Below, piece after piece: positions 1 through 9,908 of a DNA stretch of 64,000 nucleotides. Where the stretch lies: the IMG/VR virus record IMGVR_UViG_3300030390_002408; one strand, given 5' to 3'. Below the pieces are notes generated by a model. It did not search any database and was not told the origin of the DNA. It was given only the letters and a program-made list of their open reading frames with translations. Within the stretch, counting starts at the first letter, position 1, and the number at the start of each line of letters is the position of its first letter. A program made the position numbers and the translations under genes. Origin of the DNA: a virus.

Positions 1-10
1 GGAACTGCCA

Positions 11-292
11 TTATAGTTGGTTTATGTTAGTTATTTCATTTAAATCCATATCTCCTATACTATCAGTATTTATCCGGGCCTCATGTGTATAATTAGTAGT
101 TTCAAAAAAAATCTTTATACTAATTTCACCTATTTCTAGTTTTGTTCTATTAGCTCCTATAAATGTGCCCAAGGTTCCATCATAATCTATATTAATTTTA
201 TTAACTAAATCAATATCTTTAGTATATCCAACAGGTGAAGTTTGTACTTCCCCGTCTTTACCTAATTCTATTTTCTCTATAATTGTTGTCAT
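11..292 (-). CDS. Hypothetical protein, possible tail-fibre accessory/chaperone
   Basis: 93 aa acidic ORF downstream of a fibre-like gene. Its stop overlaps the ATG (positions 9-11) of a further ORF running off the window. Confidence 0.6.
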   Translation of the reverse strand: MTTIIEKIELGKDGEVQTSPVGYTKDIDLVNKINIDYDGTLGTFIGANRTKLEIGEISIKIFFETTNYTHEARINTDSIGDMDLNEITNINQL

Positions 293-360
293 GTCTTATC
301 TATTATTATATAACTAATACAATATTTGTAATGTTTAAAACGAAGTTATTATCGGTGGTT

Positions 361-2238
361 TTAATCTTCTGTATATCTTATATCAAGACTTAAATAAACA
401 GCTGTTCCACTTACAGTACCTGTTTCTATCCATATAAAACTATCAGCTGGAATATTAGCATTAGTTAATGAAGCAACATCTCCAGTTGATGTACTTGTGG
501 TTGTTGTAGCACTTACTAAAGTAGTCCCTGCAGCACTTCTATCTGTTGAGTATTTTAAAGCATACTCTGTACTTGGAGATCCTCCAGTTGAAACAGCAAT
601 TACTTCTTGTATTGTAATTGCTTCATCTGTTCTAAAAACTGTAATATCATCTGTAGCTGTGGGTTCTTGTAAGGTAAATGTTTTATTAAGAGTTTGTAAT
701 ACAACATTATTAACTGTTAAGTTATTTCCAATTTTAGTTATACTAAACGATTGTCTAAGTGCTTGATTATTAAAATCAATAGTACCATTTCCTGAAGAAT
801 AACATCTAATATCTATATAATCACCAACAACTAAATCAATAGGGATAGTACCATCGTCATTATCCCAACTACTTGTAGCTGTTCCAAAACCCGCAAATGG
901 GGCATAAATTAAACCATTTTTATATAAAAATAAATGCGACCAAGAAGAACCATTATTTAAAAATATATTCGCTTGTACCAAATAAGTACCTGCACCACTT
1001 GAACCAACTGTAAATTTATGATTAGTGTTATCCCATTCACCATTTACATCAAGTGCTCCACCAGCTGGAGTGCCTGTTGTTACAAAATTTACTATTGGGG
1101 TTGTATTATTCACTGTTTGGTTTGCACCCATTGCTCCTTTAACAAGAACCTTAGTTCCCGAACCTGTTACTGGAGTTGATTCTCCTGCAATCATTTCACT
1201 AAGTTCAAGAAACGTACCTGAAGAAAGTATTGTAGTATCAGTATTTGTTGTAACCCCCCCTTCAGATAATATAATCCTAACAATATCATTAGCAGCTAAA
1301 TCAAGTATTAAATTCAAATCAGAAGATGAATTATTAGAACTACCTGCATTTCTAGCATAATGTTCTAAACTTCTATACTCCTGATTATTTGCATCAACAG
1401 CTATAGTATTATTAACTGTTACTTTCATAACAGGATCGGCCCTTTGAGTACCAATACTATTTATAGATGTCATACAATTAACCCTATACCTTCCAGCTTG
1501 ATTTACCCTAATACCATTACCGGTTATAGTAAATTTATTAGTATTACTATTTTCAGATTGAACTGTTATAGGAATTATTTGATCAGCTGTAACATAAGTA
1601 GCGGCCAATGATCCATTAACTTTTGAACCCCTACAATAATCAGCAGTACTAGAATTAACATTATCCATACCACCCCCAAATACTATTATTTCACCAACAG
1701 TAGAACTAACTCTAGTTACTTTACCTATTCTTTGAACTACAGCATTTCCTGTAGGTTTAGTATTAGTTACACCCCCAGAAGTACCTACATAAACATCACC
1801 TAAAGATAATGCTGAAGTATTTAATCCTGTGGCTTTACCAAATATAATTATAGTTCCTGTAGTAGCTTGAGCTATAGAACTTGTAGCAATACCTATTCCG
1901 GGCATTGTAGTACCCGAACTATTATCAGCTAACTCTACAGTAGTTAAATCAGCAACTACATCATAATCAGCTAGTATAACAACTTGACCTTTATTTATAG
2001 TTCCTCCAGAGTCTTTTTGTACTGATAAAGTAATAGAGTTTCCACCCCCACTTCCTCCTTCTTCAAATATAGATACTACATCTCCACTTGCATTTTTATA
2101 GTAAGGTAAGTTTGTTGCTACATCATAAAAATACACATCATTAGACACAGAACCCCAATCGGATGAACTATCTGTCCTTACTGTATATTTTACTCCAACT
2201 ACTTCTTCTAATCCACTTGTTATTGGTGTTACTGCCAT
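361..2238 (-). CDS. Tail fibre/virion structural protein with C1q-like beta domains
   Basis: 625 aa, T/S/G/N-rich. Contains a capsid-cement-like segment (INKGQVV...GTIIIFG) and two C1q-like segments (GRYRV, GTYLV...LVVGDYIDI). The N-terminal ~62 aa is paralogous to 2440..4488. Confidence 0.7.
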   Translation of the reverse strand: MAVTPITSGLEEVVGVKYTVRTDSSSDWGSVSNDVYFYDVATNLPYYKNASGDVVSIFEEGGSGGGNSITLSVQKDSGGTINKGQVVILADYDVVADLTTVELADNSSGTTMPGIGIATSSIAQATTGTIIIFGKATGLNTSALSLGDVYVGTSGGVTNTKPTGNAVVQRIGKVTRVSSTVGEIIVFGGGMDNVNSSTADYCRGSKVNGSLAATYVTADQIIPITVQSENSNTNKFTITGNGIRVNQAGRYRVNCMTSINSIGTQRADPVMKVTVNNTIAVDANNQEYRSLEHYARNAGSSNNSSSDLNLILDLAANDIVRIILSEGGVTTNTDTTILSSGTFLELSEMIAGESTPVTGSGTKVLVKGAMGANQTVNNTTPIVNFVTTGTPAGGALDVNGEWDNTNHKFTVGSSGAGTYLVQANIFLNNGSSWSHLFLYKNGLIYAPFAGFGTATSSWDNDDGTIPIDLVVGDYIDIRCYSSGNGTIDFNNQALRQSFSITKIGNNLTVNNVVLQTLNKTFTLQEPTATDDITVFRTDEAITIQEVIAVSTGGSPSTEYALKYSTDRSAAGTTLVSATTTTSTSTGDVASLTNANIPADSFIWIETGTVSGTAVYLSLDIRYTED

Positions 2239-2240
2239 AA

Positions 2241-2447
2241 TTAAACCATTTTACTTTCTGATAGCTCTTTAAAATTATCAAATATTATTTTTTCCGATTC
2301 GGTTAAATCTTCATAAAAAGTTACCGTTTGCTTTTGCTCCTCGTTTTCATCAATATATTGAACAATCATTCTTTGTGGAATTGATTCCTGCTCAATTTGA
2401 AAAACCGTTTGTTTTAAAGTATTTGCCATTTTTTTAAGTTTATCCAA
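2241..2447 (-). CDS. Small acidic protein, possible fibre chaperone
   Basis: Short ORF between two fibre-like genes. Confidence 0.55.
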   Translation of the reverse strand: MDKLKKMANTLKQTVFQIEQESIPQRMIVQYIDENEEQKQTVTFYEDLTESEKIIFDNFKELSESKMV

Positions 2448-4488
2448 TTAATAAATTACCAAAATTATCTGGTGTATTTGTTTGAATGTTTATCGCTTTA
2501 TTTCCTATTAAAGTTGTCATTCCTTTACCTTTTAAATTAGAAATTTTAATATTTCTGTTTACTGTCCCTGCTTGTATTGCGTGAGCACTTGCATTAACTG
2601 TAATCCCCGTACAATTTGATACAGTTCCATTATTATTACCTACATATATGCCATGCCCTAAAGCATTATTGTAAGTTGATTTTCCAACAGAATTAAAAAT
2701 ATTTCCAACTCTTAACTCTATCCCACTGGATGCTGAACTTTCCCCAATACAAAAAGAAATCTGTGCATCTGCTTGATTTACAAACATTCCAACAGTAGAA
2801 GTTGAGATACCTGTTGAATTATATGTTTTTCCTCTGTCTGTATATATTCCAACTCCTGCATCACTTTTACCAATTGAGTTGTGACACTCGCTAATAATAT
2901 TATTTAAAAATATAGCGTTTGAACTTTGAGAATAAACATTGCAGTTATAAGCTCTTGCACCTGTTAAAGTTAAAGCAACAATAGTGCCTGTGTTATATAT
3001 GTTTGTATTTTTTAAAATGCCTCCACTTGCTGTTGCAACTGCTCCAATAACTGTACAACTATACAAACCATCACCAGTAATTCTAAAAGAGCCTAAACCA
3101 GTATTTATACTTGAGCCTATCAATTTACCTGAAATAAAACCCGTAAATCCTGTATCAGTTCCATTATATATAAATTCACCACCTATAACTTTTACCCCTG
3201 ATGCAGATATGTTTAAAGTATCGGCACCGTCTGAAATAACTGTTAAACCTGTACAATCTAATTCAGCAGATTGACCAACAGTCAAACCATTCCCCCCACC
3301 ATTAGGAGTAGGACTATTTTTTTTTATTATCGTACCATTAATAAATTTCGTTTTTGTACCAACTCCATTTTTTAAAAATAAACTATTATCTGAACCGTCT
3401 AAAGTGTATGTATAGCCGTTCATGTTAATACTTACTTCAACAGGAATAGTAATTGTTACATTTCCTGTTTCTGTAATATTTCCAAACTGCTCAACTGTAT
3501 CTCCCGCACTTGCTGCAGCCATAGCTAAAGTATAAGTTGTATAATAAGTATAAAATCCACTTGTATTAGCAATTCCTAAAATACCATACCCCGCAGCCAT
3601 AGCAACCCATGCAGAACCATTATATCTTTGTAAACTATTTAAATCAGTATCAAATACCATTAAATTAGTATCTACTGGTGAAGGAATAGCATTCTTTTGA
3701 GCTGTTGTTAGCCTAGGCATTAAGAAACCATCTGTTGTGGTTGATAACTCTAACTTTTCAGATATAAGAGTATCACCTTGTAAACTTATTTTTTCAGTTG
3801 AAATAGCTGCCAAAGAACCTATAATAAAAGAACTGTTATTTACAAAACCACCAACAAAAAATCTTGTATGCTGATTGTTACTACCTGTAGATAAACCTAT
3901 CTTATGTCTTAAATTATTATTAACATCATAAAAATCAACATTTGTTTCAAGGACTGAAATTCTTGATGTCGCTGCTCCTACGCCAATAGTAACACTACCA
4001 AAAGGAGAGTACCAAGAACCACCACCAAATCTACTTACGTTAAAAATTCTTGGGTTTCCAGTTCCAACGTGACTACTATAAGCCGAGATAGCCCCCTGAG
4101 TACCATTTGATCCTAAAACAGAAATACCTCCCTCTAAATCAACTTTAAAATAAGGTACTAATCCAGTATAAACCTCTTTACAATTAACTTGAAATTGAGT
4201 ATTATTATTTCCCGTACCGTCTAAAGTTAAAGTATGAGTTGATAAACCAACTGTTCTATCTCCAGCTAAAGTACCATCAGCAGTATAGACATTACTTGAT
4301 ACTCCTCCTTCTTCAAATATTGACACAACAGTACCCCCTGCATTTTTATAATAAGGTAAACTAGTTGCCTTGTCATAAAAATAAACATTATTACCTACTG
4401 AAGTCCAATCTGAAGATGAGTCAGTTATTACAGTATATTTTATACCTTTAACTTGATTTAATCCAGATGTTACTGTTGTTACTGCCAT
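2440..4488 (-). CDS. Tail fibre/spike with probable C-terminal beta-helix
   Basis: 682 aa. Contains a GFLMPRLTTAQ...YNGSAW module typical of Bacteroidota phage fibres and repetitive G/N/S-rich C-terminal repeats. Confidence 0.7.
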   Translation of the reverse strand: MAVTTVTSGLNQVKGIKYTVITDSSSDWTSVGNNVYFYDKATSLPYYKNAGGTVVSIFEEGGVSSNVYTADGTLAGDRTVGLSTHTLTLDGTGNNNTQFQVNCKEVYTGLVPYFKVDLEGGISVLGSNGTQGAISAYSSHVGTGNPRIFNVSRFGGGSWYSPFGSVTIGVGAATSRISVLETNVDFYDVNNNLRHKIGLSTGSNNQHTRFFVGGFVNNSSFIIGSLAAISTEKISLQGDTLISEKLELSTTTDGFLMPRLTTAQKNAIPSPVDTNLMVFDTDLNSLQRYNGSAWVAMAAGYGILGIANTSGFYTYYTTYTLAMAAASAGDTVEQFGNITETGNVTITIPVEVSINMNGYTYTLDGSDNSLFLKNGVGTKTKFINGTIIKKNSPTPNGGGNGLTVGQSAELDCTGLTVISDGADTLNISASGVKVIGGEFIYNGTDTGFTGFISGKLIGSSINTGLGSFRITGDGLYSCTVIGAVATASGGILKNTNIYNTGTIVALTLTGARAYNCNVYSQSSNAIFLNNIISECHNSIGKSDAGVGIYTDRGKTYNSTGISTSTVGMFVNQADAQISFCIGESSASSGIELRVGNIFNSVGKSTYNNALGHGIYVGNNNGTVSNCTGITVNASAHAIQAGTVNRNIKISNLKGKGMTTLIGNKAINIQTNTPDNFGNLLIG

Positions 4489-4490
4489 GA

Positions 4491-4910
4491 TTATTGTATT
4501 TTATAATATTCTTTTATACCTGTATCCAAAACACTATCAAAAGGAGTTGCCATCGTAGATAACAAGATTATGTTTTCATATCCATTATCTCTTGAATAAG
4601 GCTCATCAGTTTCAGGATCTATAGGTGTAGTTACTTCACCAGTTTCAGGATTAATATTATGTTTAGGTAAAGCTTCTCCATCAACATCGTATGAAATTTT
4701 ACCTTTTACAACTTCATATCCTGCAGTTACATCAGTAACTACTTCAATTTCACCTTCAATTTCAACATAAGTTTGTAGTCGTAAGTGAACTACAGCTTTT
4801 GGGGTTGGGTTTGAATCCATTTCTTCTTGTACTACTGCTGTATCCCTAATTAATCTTCTTTTAAGACCTGTTTTTGGGTCTGTTCCGTACTCGTAAATGT
4901 TTGCGTTCAT
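4491..4910 (-). CDS. Hypothetical acidic protein
   Basis: 139 aa ORF between fibre genes. Confidence 0.6.
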   Translation of the reverse strand: MNANIYEYGTDPKTGLKRRLIRDTAVVQEEMDSNPTPKAVVHLRLQTYVEIEGEIEVVTDVTAGYEVVKGKISYDVDGEALPKHNINPETGEVTTPIDPETDEPYSRDNGYENIILLSTMATPFDSVLDTGIKEYYKIQ

Positions 4911-4929
4911 TTTTATTTATTTATTTATT

Positions 4930-7900
4930 TTATCCTATTTTAATATTTCCAAAATCATCTGTAGTGTTTAGGTTTGATAAAGTTACATTTGTATTTATGG
5001 AGGTTGTAGCTCCATCAAATGTAGAATTAGCTACTTGAGTAGTTATTGCTGAAGTTGATGTAATATTATTAGCTCCTATATTATTAACTCTAAGGGAACA
5101 GTTTGTTAAAACTGTATCATTTCCACCTATTTGAACAGAGTGTCCTCCAACATTATTCCACTTTGATACAAATTCACAATGAGAAAATAATATTTTGAAT
5201 CCTGGATTAGAATTAAGGTTTGCTGCAATTCCTCCTTCACTTATTGCTGTTATTCTATTATATGAAAAACTTCTAGATGCTTGATTCCTAAAAACTTTAA
5301 TTGCATGATAACTCCCCAAATTCCTAACATACCCTTGTACACATTGTAGTGTATTTGACAAATTAAGACAAGGTAAGGTTGAAGAATTGTTTTCTGCTCT
5401 AAAATTAGATATTTCAGATGCACTGACAGTAACAGCATAATTATTACCAGTTATAGCTACAAAATCATGAGCTGAAGATGGACCAGATACTGCAATTCCA
5501 CTTACACTCTTAGCAACAAAGTTACTCAGTACTCCCCCACTTATAGCACTCCCACTATTACTTTCTACATAAAAACTTGTAGCTAAGACCCCAGTCTGAG
5601 TAGTTATACCGGATCCAGTTCCTTTAGCTAGTACTGTAAAGCCAGAAGCTTTAGCATTATTAGTTAAAAATAAAGCAGTTTGTGATGAACGGCCTATAAC
5701 CGTAAAGTTTCTAAAATTAGAATAAGACAATCTTACAGTGTTTAATGTAGCATTAGGTCCACTTTCAAAAATACTACCTCCAAAATCATACATATCTTCT
5801 AAATAACTACCTATTTGAAAGGTCATATAATTCTCATTATAAAAATACATTTTAGACATTTGTAAATTTCTTGTAGCTGTACCGTCATATTGAAGACATT
5901 TACCAGTTGTTCCATTTTCTCTTATTAAACTTCCATCTAATATAACAGTAGTTGTACCTGCAATTAACCCACCTACTGATAAACAATGTGTAGCATCAGC
6001 TTGGGTATTTTCAATCTTAAATCCGTTAAAATTTATAGTTAAATTCTTATAGTCGAAAGTTGCATCAATAATAATTCCAGCCGTGGTTGTAACATTACCA
6101 TATAAAGTAACAGTATTATAACTTCCAGCTGTTTTACAGGTATCTAATGCTGATTGTAAATTAGAATAAAAAGTAGGACTTCCATTATCTGAATCTCTCA
6201 CAACACCTATGACCCCATACCCTGCTGACATTGCTACCCATGCAGAACCATTATATCTATATAAAGCATTTAAAGTAGTATTAAATATAAGTAAATGAGT
6301 ATCAGGAGTTAAAATTGAATTCATTTGAGCTGTTGTCAAACGAGGCATTAACATACCTTCGGTTGTGGTTGTCATTTCTACTTTACCACCTAATTCTACA
6401 CCTGTTGATTTAATTAAGTGTTGAGGAGTTGTTGAATTCCAACCTAAAGCAAGAGAATTAGCAGTAGAATTTACTAATTTTTGTGTCTTATCAGCTTCAA
6501 CTCCATGACCAATTATACTTGCTCCACTAGCACCTGATTGAACCCAAGCACCTAACCCAACAGAAAATGGATTTGTAATATTATGTGCTCTACCTATTGC
6601 TGAACTATATTGCCCACTTAAAGTTCCTTCTGAACCAATCATAGATGTATAGTTTGCAGAAACAGTATTATCAACACCTAAAATTACTTGTTCATTTCCA
6701 CCTGAAGTATTATTTCCACTTCCTACTATATATCGATAATTACCTATACCTGTTAAAGTATTACTTCTACCAACAAGTCCAAAATAAAAACTTGTACTAT
6801 TTATAGAGTTAGAATGCCCTAATTGAAAACAGGTTGAAAAATCTGTATTAGTAATACTATTCCCAATCCCTAAATCAAAATACCCATCATTTGCAATTAT
6901 ACCATAAGTAGCACTATCAGCACTATTTCTGAATCTTACAATATACTCTGCCACATTATTACTTGTACTATTTTGAGCGATTAAATTGGTTTTTGATCCA
7001 CTAAAAGTCAAATTATTACTTCCAAAATCAACAACTCTATCTCCTGTTAAAACTCCATCAGCAGTATAAATTGTATCTGCTGAACCTGAAGCCGCAACAT
7101 AATCTACTACATACTCTTTATCAATTAAAGAACGATTAGTAAAATTAGCAGAATAATCATCATCATATTCAATTCCCTTTTTAGTTGTTCTATTATCCTT
7201 AAAAGTAATTGATGAAGATATATTAAAAGTTGAACCCCCTCCACCAGTTAAAAAAAGATAATCTGGATCTAAAATTAAAGCAGCCGAGTTACTCCCACTA
7301 GAATAAGTAAGATTTAAATTATCATTTCCTATAAATAAATTCCCATTCCCATTATTACCTGTAGCATTAAATTTACCTAAAGATATACCAGACTCATTAA
7401 GAGAAAGTTTTGAATTTTTAGAATTAGAAGTATTATAAAATCCTAAATCTATCGCCCCAGGAACAATATCTAATCTTGATTCCTCATTAATTGAAGGGGT
7501 TGAAGATTTTAGTTGGGCACTATTACTGGTAATATTATTAAATGATGTGGATGTACCATTTGTAACTAAATCTTTGGAATTGGAGAAAGTTCTTGAAAGT
7601 GTAGTAGTACTTGACCCACTAACAATACTCCCACTAATACTATTACTAAGAATAGAAAGTGATGAGGTATAATATAATTCACTTGGGTTAGTTATTGTAG
7701 TTAAACTTGAACTTGGAGTTATATGAAAGTTACTACTACTAACATTAAAGGTACTAGTATTCAAATTATAATCACTATTAATCTTCATTGTAGAAGAATT
7801 ACTAGCGTTATTATAAGATACTTGAAAGTATGCTTGATTTGCTTCGTATTTGGTTGTTGTAGTTGAAGTTGTATGAATAACATCTCTCCCTCCAGGATTA

Positions 7901-8124
7901 GTTGATATTTTAACTCCTTGTCCTGGGGAAGGGAATGGAAATGAACCTGCATACTGTTCTAATCCTTCTATGGTGTTAAGTTTATAATTAGTAATATTTT
8001 CATTTAGAATATTATTACCTAATGATACTTCTTTACTCCCCCCACCATTAACTTTTACTGATCCTGTTATTTCAGAGTTCCCTTTAGAGTGGAACCCATT
8101 TTTAATTATAAATTCGTTTGCCAT
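4930..8124 (-). CDS. Long tail fibre/spike protein
   Basis: 1064 aa, S/N/G/T-rich. Has adhesin-head-like repeats (AIGRAHN, GLGAW) and shares IYTADGxLxGDR and LMPRLTTAQ modules with 2440..4488. An ATATTTAT motif lies upstream. Confidence 0.75.
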   Translation of the reverse strand: MANEFIIKNGFHSKGNSEITGSVKVNGGGSKEVSLGNNILNENITNYKLNTIEGLEQYAGSFPFPSPGQGVKISTNPGGRDVIHTTSTTTTKYEANQAYFQVSYNNASNSSTMKINSDYNLNTSTFNVSSSNFHITPSSSLTTITNPSELYYTSSLSILSNSISGSIVSGSSTTTLSRTFSNSKDLVTNGTSTSFNNITSNSAQLKSSTPSINEESRLDIVPGAIDLGFYNTSNSKNSKLSLNESGISLGKFNATGNNGNGNLFIGNDNLNLTYSSGSNSAALILDPDYLFLTGGGGSTFNISSSITFKDNRTTKKGIEYDDDYSANFTNRSLIDKEYVVDYVAASGSADTIYTADGVLTGDRVVDFGSNNLTFSGSKTNLIAQNSTSNNVAEYIVRFRNSADSATYGIIANDGYFDLGIGNSITNTDFSTCFQLGHSNSINSTSFYFGLVGRSNTLTGIGNYRYIVGSGNNTSGGNEQVILGVDNTVSANYTSMIGSEGTLSGQYSSAIGRAHNITNPFSVGLGAWVQSGASGASIIGHGVEADKTQKLVNSTANSLALGWNSTTPQHLIKSTGVELGGKVEMTTTTEGMLMPRLTTAQMNSILTPDTHLLIFNTTLNALYRYNGSAWVAMSAGYGVIGVVRDSDNGSPTFYSNLQSALDTCKTAGSYNTVTLYGNVTTTAGIIIDATFDYKNLTINFNGFKIENTQADATHCLSVGGLIAGTTTVILDGSLIRENGTTGKCLQYDGTATRNLQMSKMYFYNENYMTFQIGSYLEDMYDFGGSIFESGPNATLNTVRLSYSNFRNFTVIGRSSQTALFLTNNAKASGFTVLAKGTGSGITTQTGVLATSFYVESNSGSAISGGVLSNFVAKSVSGIAVSGPSSAHDFVAITGNNYAVTVSASEISNFRAENNSSTLPCLNLSNTLQCVQGYVRNLGSYHAIKVFRNQASRSFSYNRITAISEGGIAANLNSNPGFKILFSHCEFVSKWNNVGGHSVQIGGNDTVLTNCSLRVNNIGANNITSTSAITTQVANSTFDGATTSINTNVTLSNLNTTDDFGNIKIG

Positions 8125-8159
8125 ATCTTTTCCCTTTCCAAGATTATGTTAGTATTTTG

Positions 8160-8170
8160 TTATAAATATT
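8160..8170 (-). promoter_or_regulatory. Candidate late-promoter motif AATATTTATAA
   Basis: The same ATATTTAT core recurs shortly upstream of other putative virion genes (~10893, ~13403, ~26625, ~31061). Confidence 0.5.
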
Positions 8171-8180
8171 GAGAAGGGAC

Positions 8181-8207
8181 AAAAAAAGTCCTGCTTATGC
8201 AGGACTC
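8181..8207 (-). terminator. Rho-independent terminator
   Basis: Minus strand reads AGTCCTGC-ATAA-GCAGGACT followed by a T run, just downstream of 8232..9041. Confidence 0.8.
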
Positions 8208-8231
8208 TTAAAATTATTTTTAATGAACTTA

Positions 8232-9041
8232 TTAAACAACATAATTTAAAGCAACTTCAAACAATTCACTATTGATCTTTTGATCTTGTCTAAAGTTTTT
8301 AATTCTTCTCGCTTTACGAACTTTACCAGCTGCTATGTAATTAAACTCACCTTCAATTATTTTTTCTTGAACTACATTAAATACTGACCATAAATCATTT
8401 CCTTGATCTTCAGGTCTTGTAGGTGTAAGTAATTCTTCTAAATCAATTTTAACTCTCTTCATTTCATCTTTATTGAAACGAGTTGTCAAACACTCTTTAG
8501 CAAAATCTAAAGCTTTTTTCTGCTCAAGTTGTGTTGATTTCATCATATTCATTGATTCAACAGTTAATGGTAATTTTTCAACCATTTCTCTAATATTTTC
8601 CTGTAAATCCTCAAATGTATATCCCATATGTCTCATTTTGACAGCTTCAAATTGTGTTGTTGCTATTACAAGACCATTAGCACAAACCAATCTGTATAAT
8701 CCAGCTTGAAACTGAAATGCATTTTTCCCATCATGGGAGTTAGTTAATAAAATTTGGGGATAAACTGTATCATTGTCATCACCATTAATAACAATATCAT
8801 CATTTCTAAAAACAACTAAGTGTTTTTGATATCCTTTACCTCTACGAGCTTGGACTTCTTGAACATTAATAACATCCCATCCTAAAGTTCTCATATCATC
8901 AATAACTTTAGTTGTTGGAATGTGTGTGTAATGTTTTGAAACCTCATCACTTGGAGATTTTGTAAAAACTGAAGGTGCTTTTTTAGCAATTTCTTCATTT
9001 GTCATAAACTTGTTTGATTTAATTTCACTTGCATTTACCAT
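8232..9041 (-). CDS. DUF932/DUF945-family protein
   Basis: Motifs ILLTNSHDG, GLYRLVCANGL, DLWSVFNVVQE, INSELF. Confidence 0.85.
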   Translation of the reverse strand: MVNASEIKSNKFMTNEEIAKKAPSVFTKSPSDEVSKHYTHIPTTKVIDDMRTLGWDVINVQEVQARRGKGYQKHLVVFRNDDIVINGDDNDTVYPQILLTNSHDGKNAFQFQAGLYRLVCANGLVIATTQFEAVKMRHMGYTFEDLQENIREMVEKLPLTVESMNMMKSTQLEQKKALDFAKECLTTRFNKDEMKRVKIDLEELLTPTRPEDQGNDLWSVFNVVQEKIIEGEFNYIAAGKVRKARRIKNFRQDQKINSELFEVALNYVV

Positions 9042-9087
9042 AACTCTTGATTTTTAAATATTTAATAATTAATAACTCATTTCTCTT

Positions 9088-9126
9088 ACACCGTGAATAT
9101 ACGAATGGTTTCCTGGGGAGCCAAAT
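9088..9126 (-). promoter_or_regulatory. Early promoter (TTTGG-N17-CGTATATT)
   Basis: TTTGGCTCCCCAGGAAACCATTCGTATATTCAC matches the Bacteroidota TTTG...TAnnTTTG spacing. Confidence 0.75.
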
Positions 9127-9127
9127 T

Positions 9128-9337
9128 TTATTGGCGAGGAAGCTGATTTTCTTTTCTCATTTTTTCAAAATCAGGAACTAATTCATCCCCAACCTCACAA
9201 GTCCAATTTTCAGGATCTTCATCTTCAATTCTTTTTGTGAATTGATTAATTTCCTCATCTGTAGCATTTAAATATTTTTTTAAAATACTAATAACAATTT
9301 TTTTGTCTTCTTGAATCATTTTTTCACTTATTGCCAT
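9128..9337 (-). CDS. Hypothetical protein
   Basis: Has its own promoter and an AAAATAAAGGTT-ATG start. Ends QLPRQ. Confidence 0.7.
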   Translation of the reverse strand: MAISEKMIQEDKKIVISILKKYLNATDEEINQFTKRIEDEDPENWTCEVGDELVPDFEKMRKENQLPRQ

Positions 9338-9354
9338 AACCTTTATTTTTGCGC

Positions 9355-9412
9355 TGCTTAATCTTGCAACCTTACCCCATAAATATACAATAGAACCCTC
9401 AGGAAGCCAAAT
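9355..9412 (-). promoter_or_regulatory. Early promoter plus conserved leader
   Basis: TTTGG-N17-TGTATATTTATGGGGTAAGGTTGCAAG. Confidence 0.75.
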
Positions 9413-9413
9413 T

Positions 9414-9890
9414 TTATTGGCGAGGCAGTTGATGTTTCTTCATTTTTTCTAATTTTTCTTTATAGAGTAAGATTTTTAAGTGGAATGAGCATAGTATAAC
9501 TATACTGGTAACCTCTCCTAGAAGAATACTATAAGGGTATAAAAATACCGAAGCCATATATAAAATTTTAAAAATATGGAATCTTTTATTTAAAAATAAA
9601 CTATATAAACATGCAAAATAAAAACATATTGCAAATATGTTATGAGGAATTTGATATTGATACCAATTAAACCCAGTTAATAACATTAAGAAAAAACTAG
9701 GGAGTTTCCATTTCTTTAGAGAAAAGAAAAAGTAGGAGCAAATTATATTTGATACAATAAATAGAGGTTGGAATGGGGTTCCCCAATATTGTGATAAGGA
9801 ACCCATTATTCCATTATTTATTATCATTATGAAAGGAGAAATAACCGCTAAACCTATTGCAGTCAATTTTACATAAAACTCTTTTATCAC
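9414..9890 (-). CDS. Multi-pass membrane protein
   Basis: Several hydrophobic segments. Ends QLPRQ. Confidence 0.6.
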   Translation of the reverse strand: MIKEFYVKLTAIGLAVISPFIMIINNGIMGSLSQYWGTPFQPLFIVSNIICSYFFFSLKKWKLPSFFLMLLTGFNWYQYQIPHNIFAICFYFACLYSLFLNKRFHIFKILYMASVFLYPYSILLGEVTSIVILCSFHLKILLYKEKLEKMKKHQLPRQ

Positions 9891-9908
9891 CTTTAAACTA
9901 TTAATTTA

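Noticed and set aside
361-8124. Diversity-generating retroelement acting on the fibres
   Set aside because: There is no reverse transcriptase, and I saw no adenine-specific TR/VR pair.
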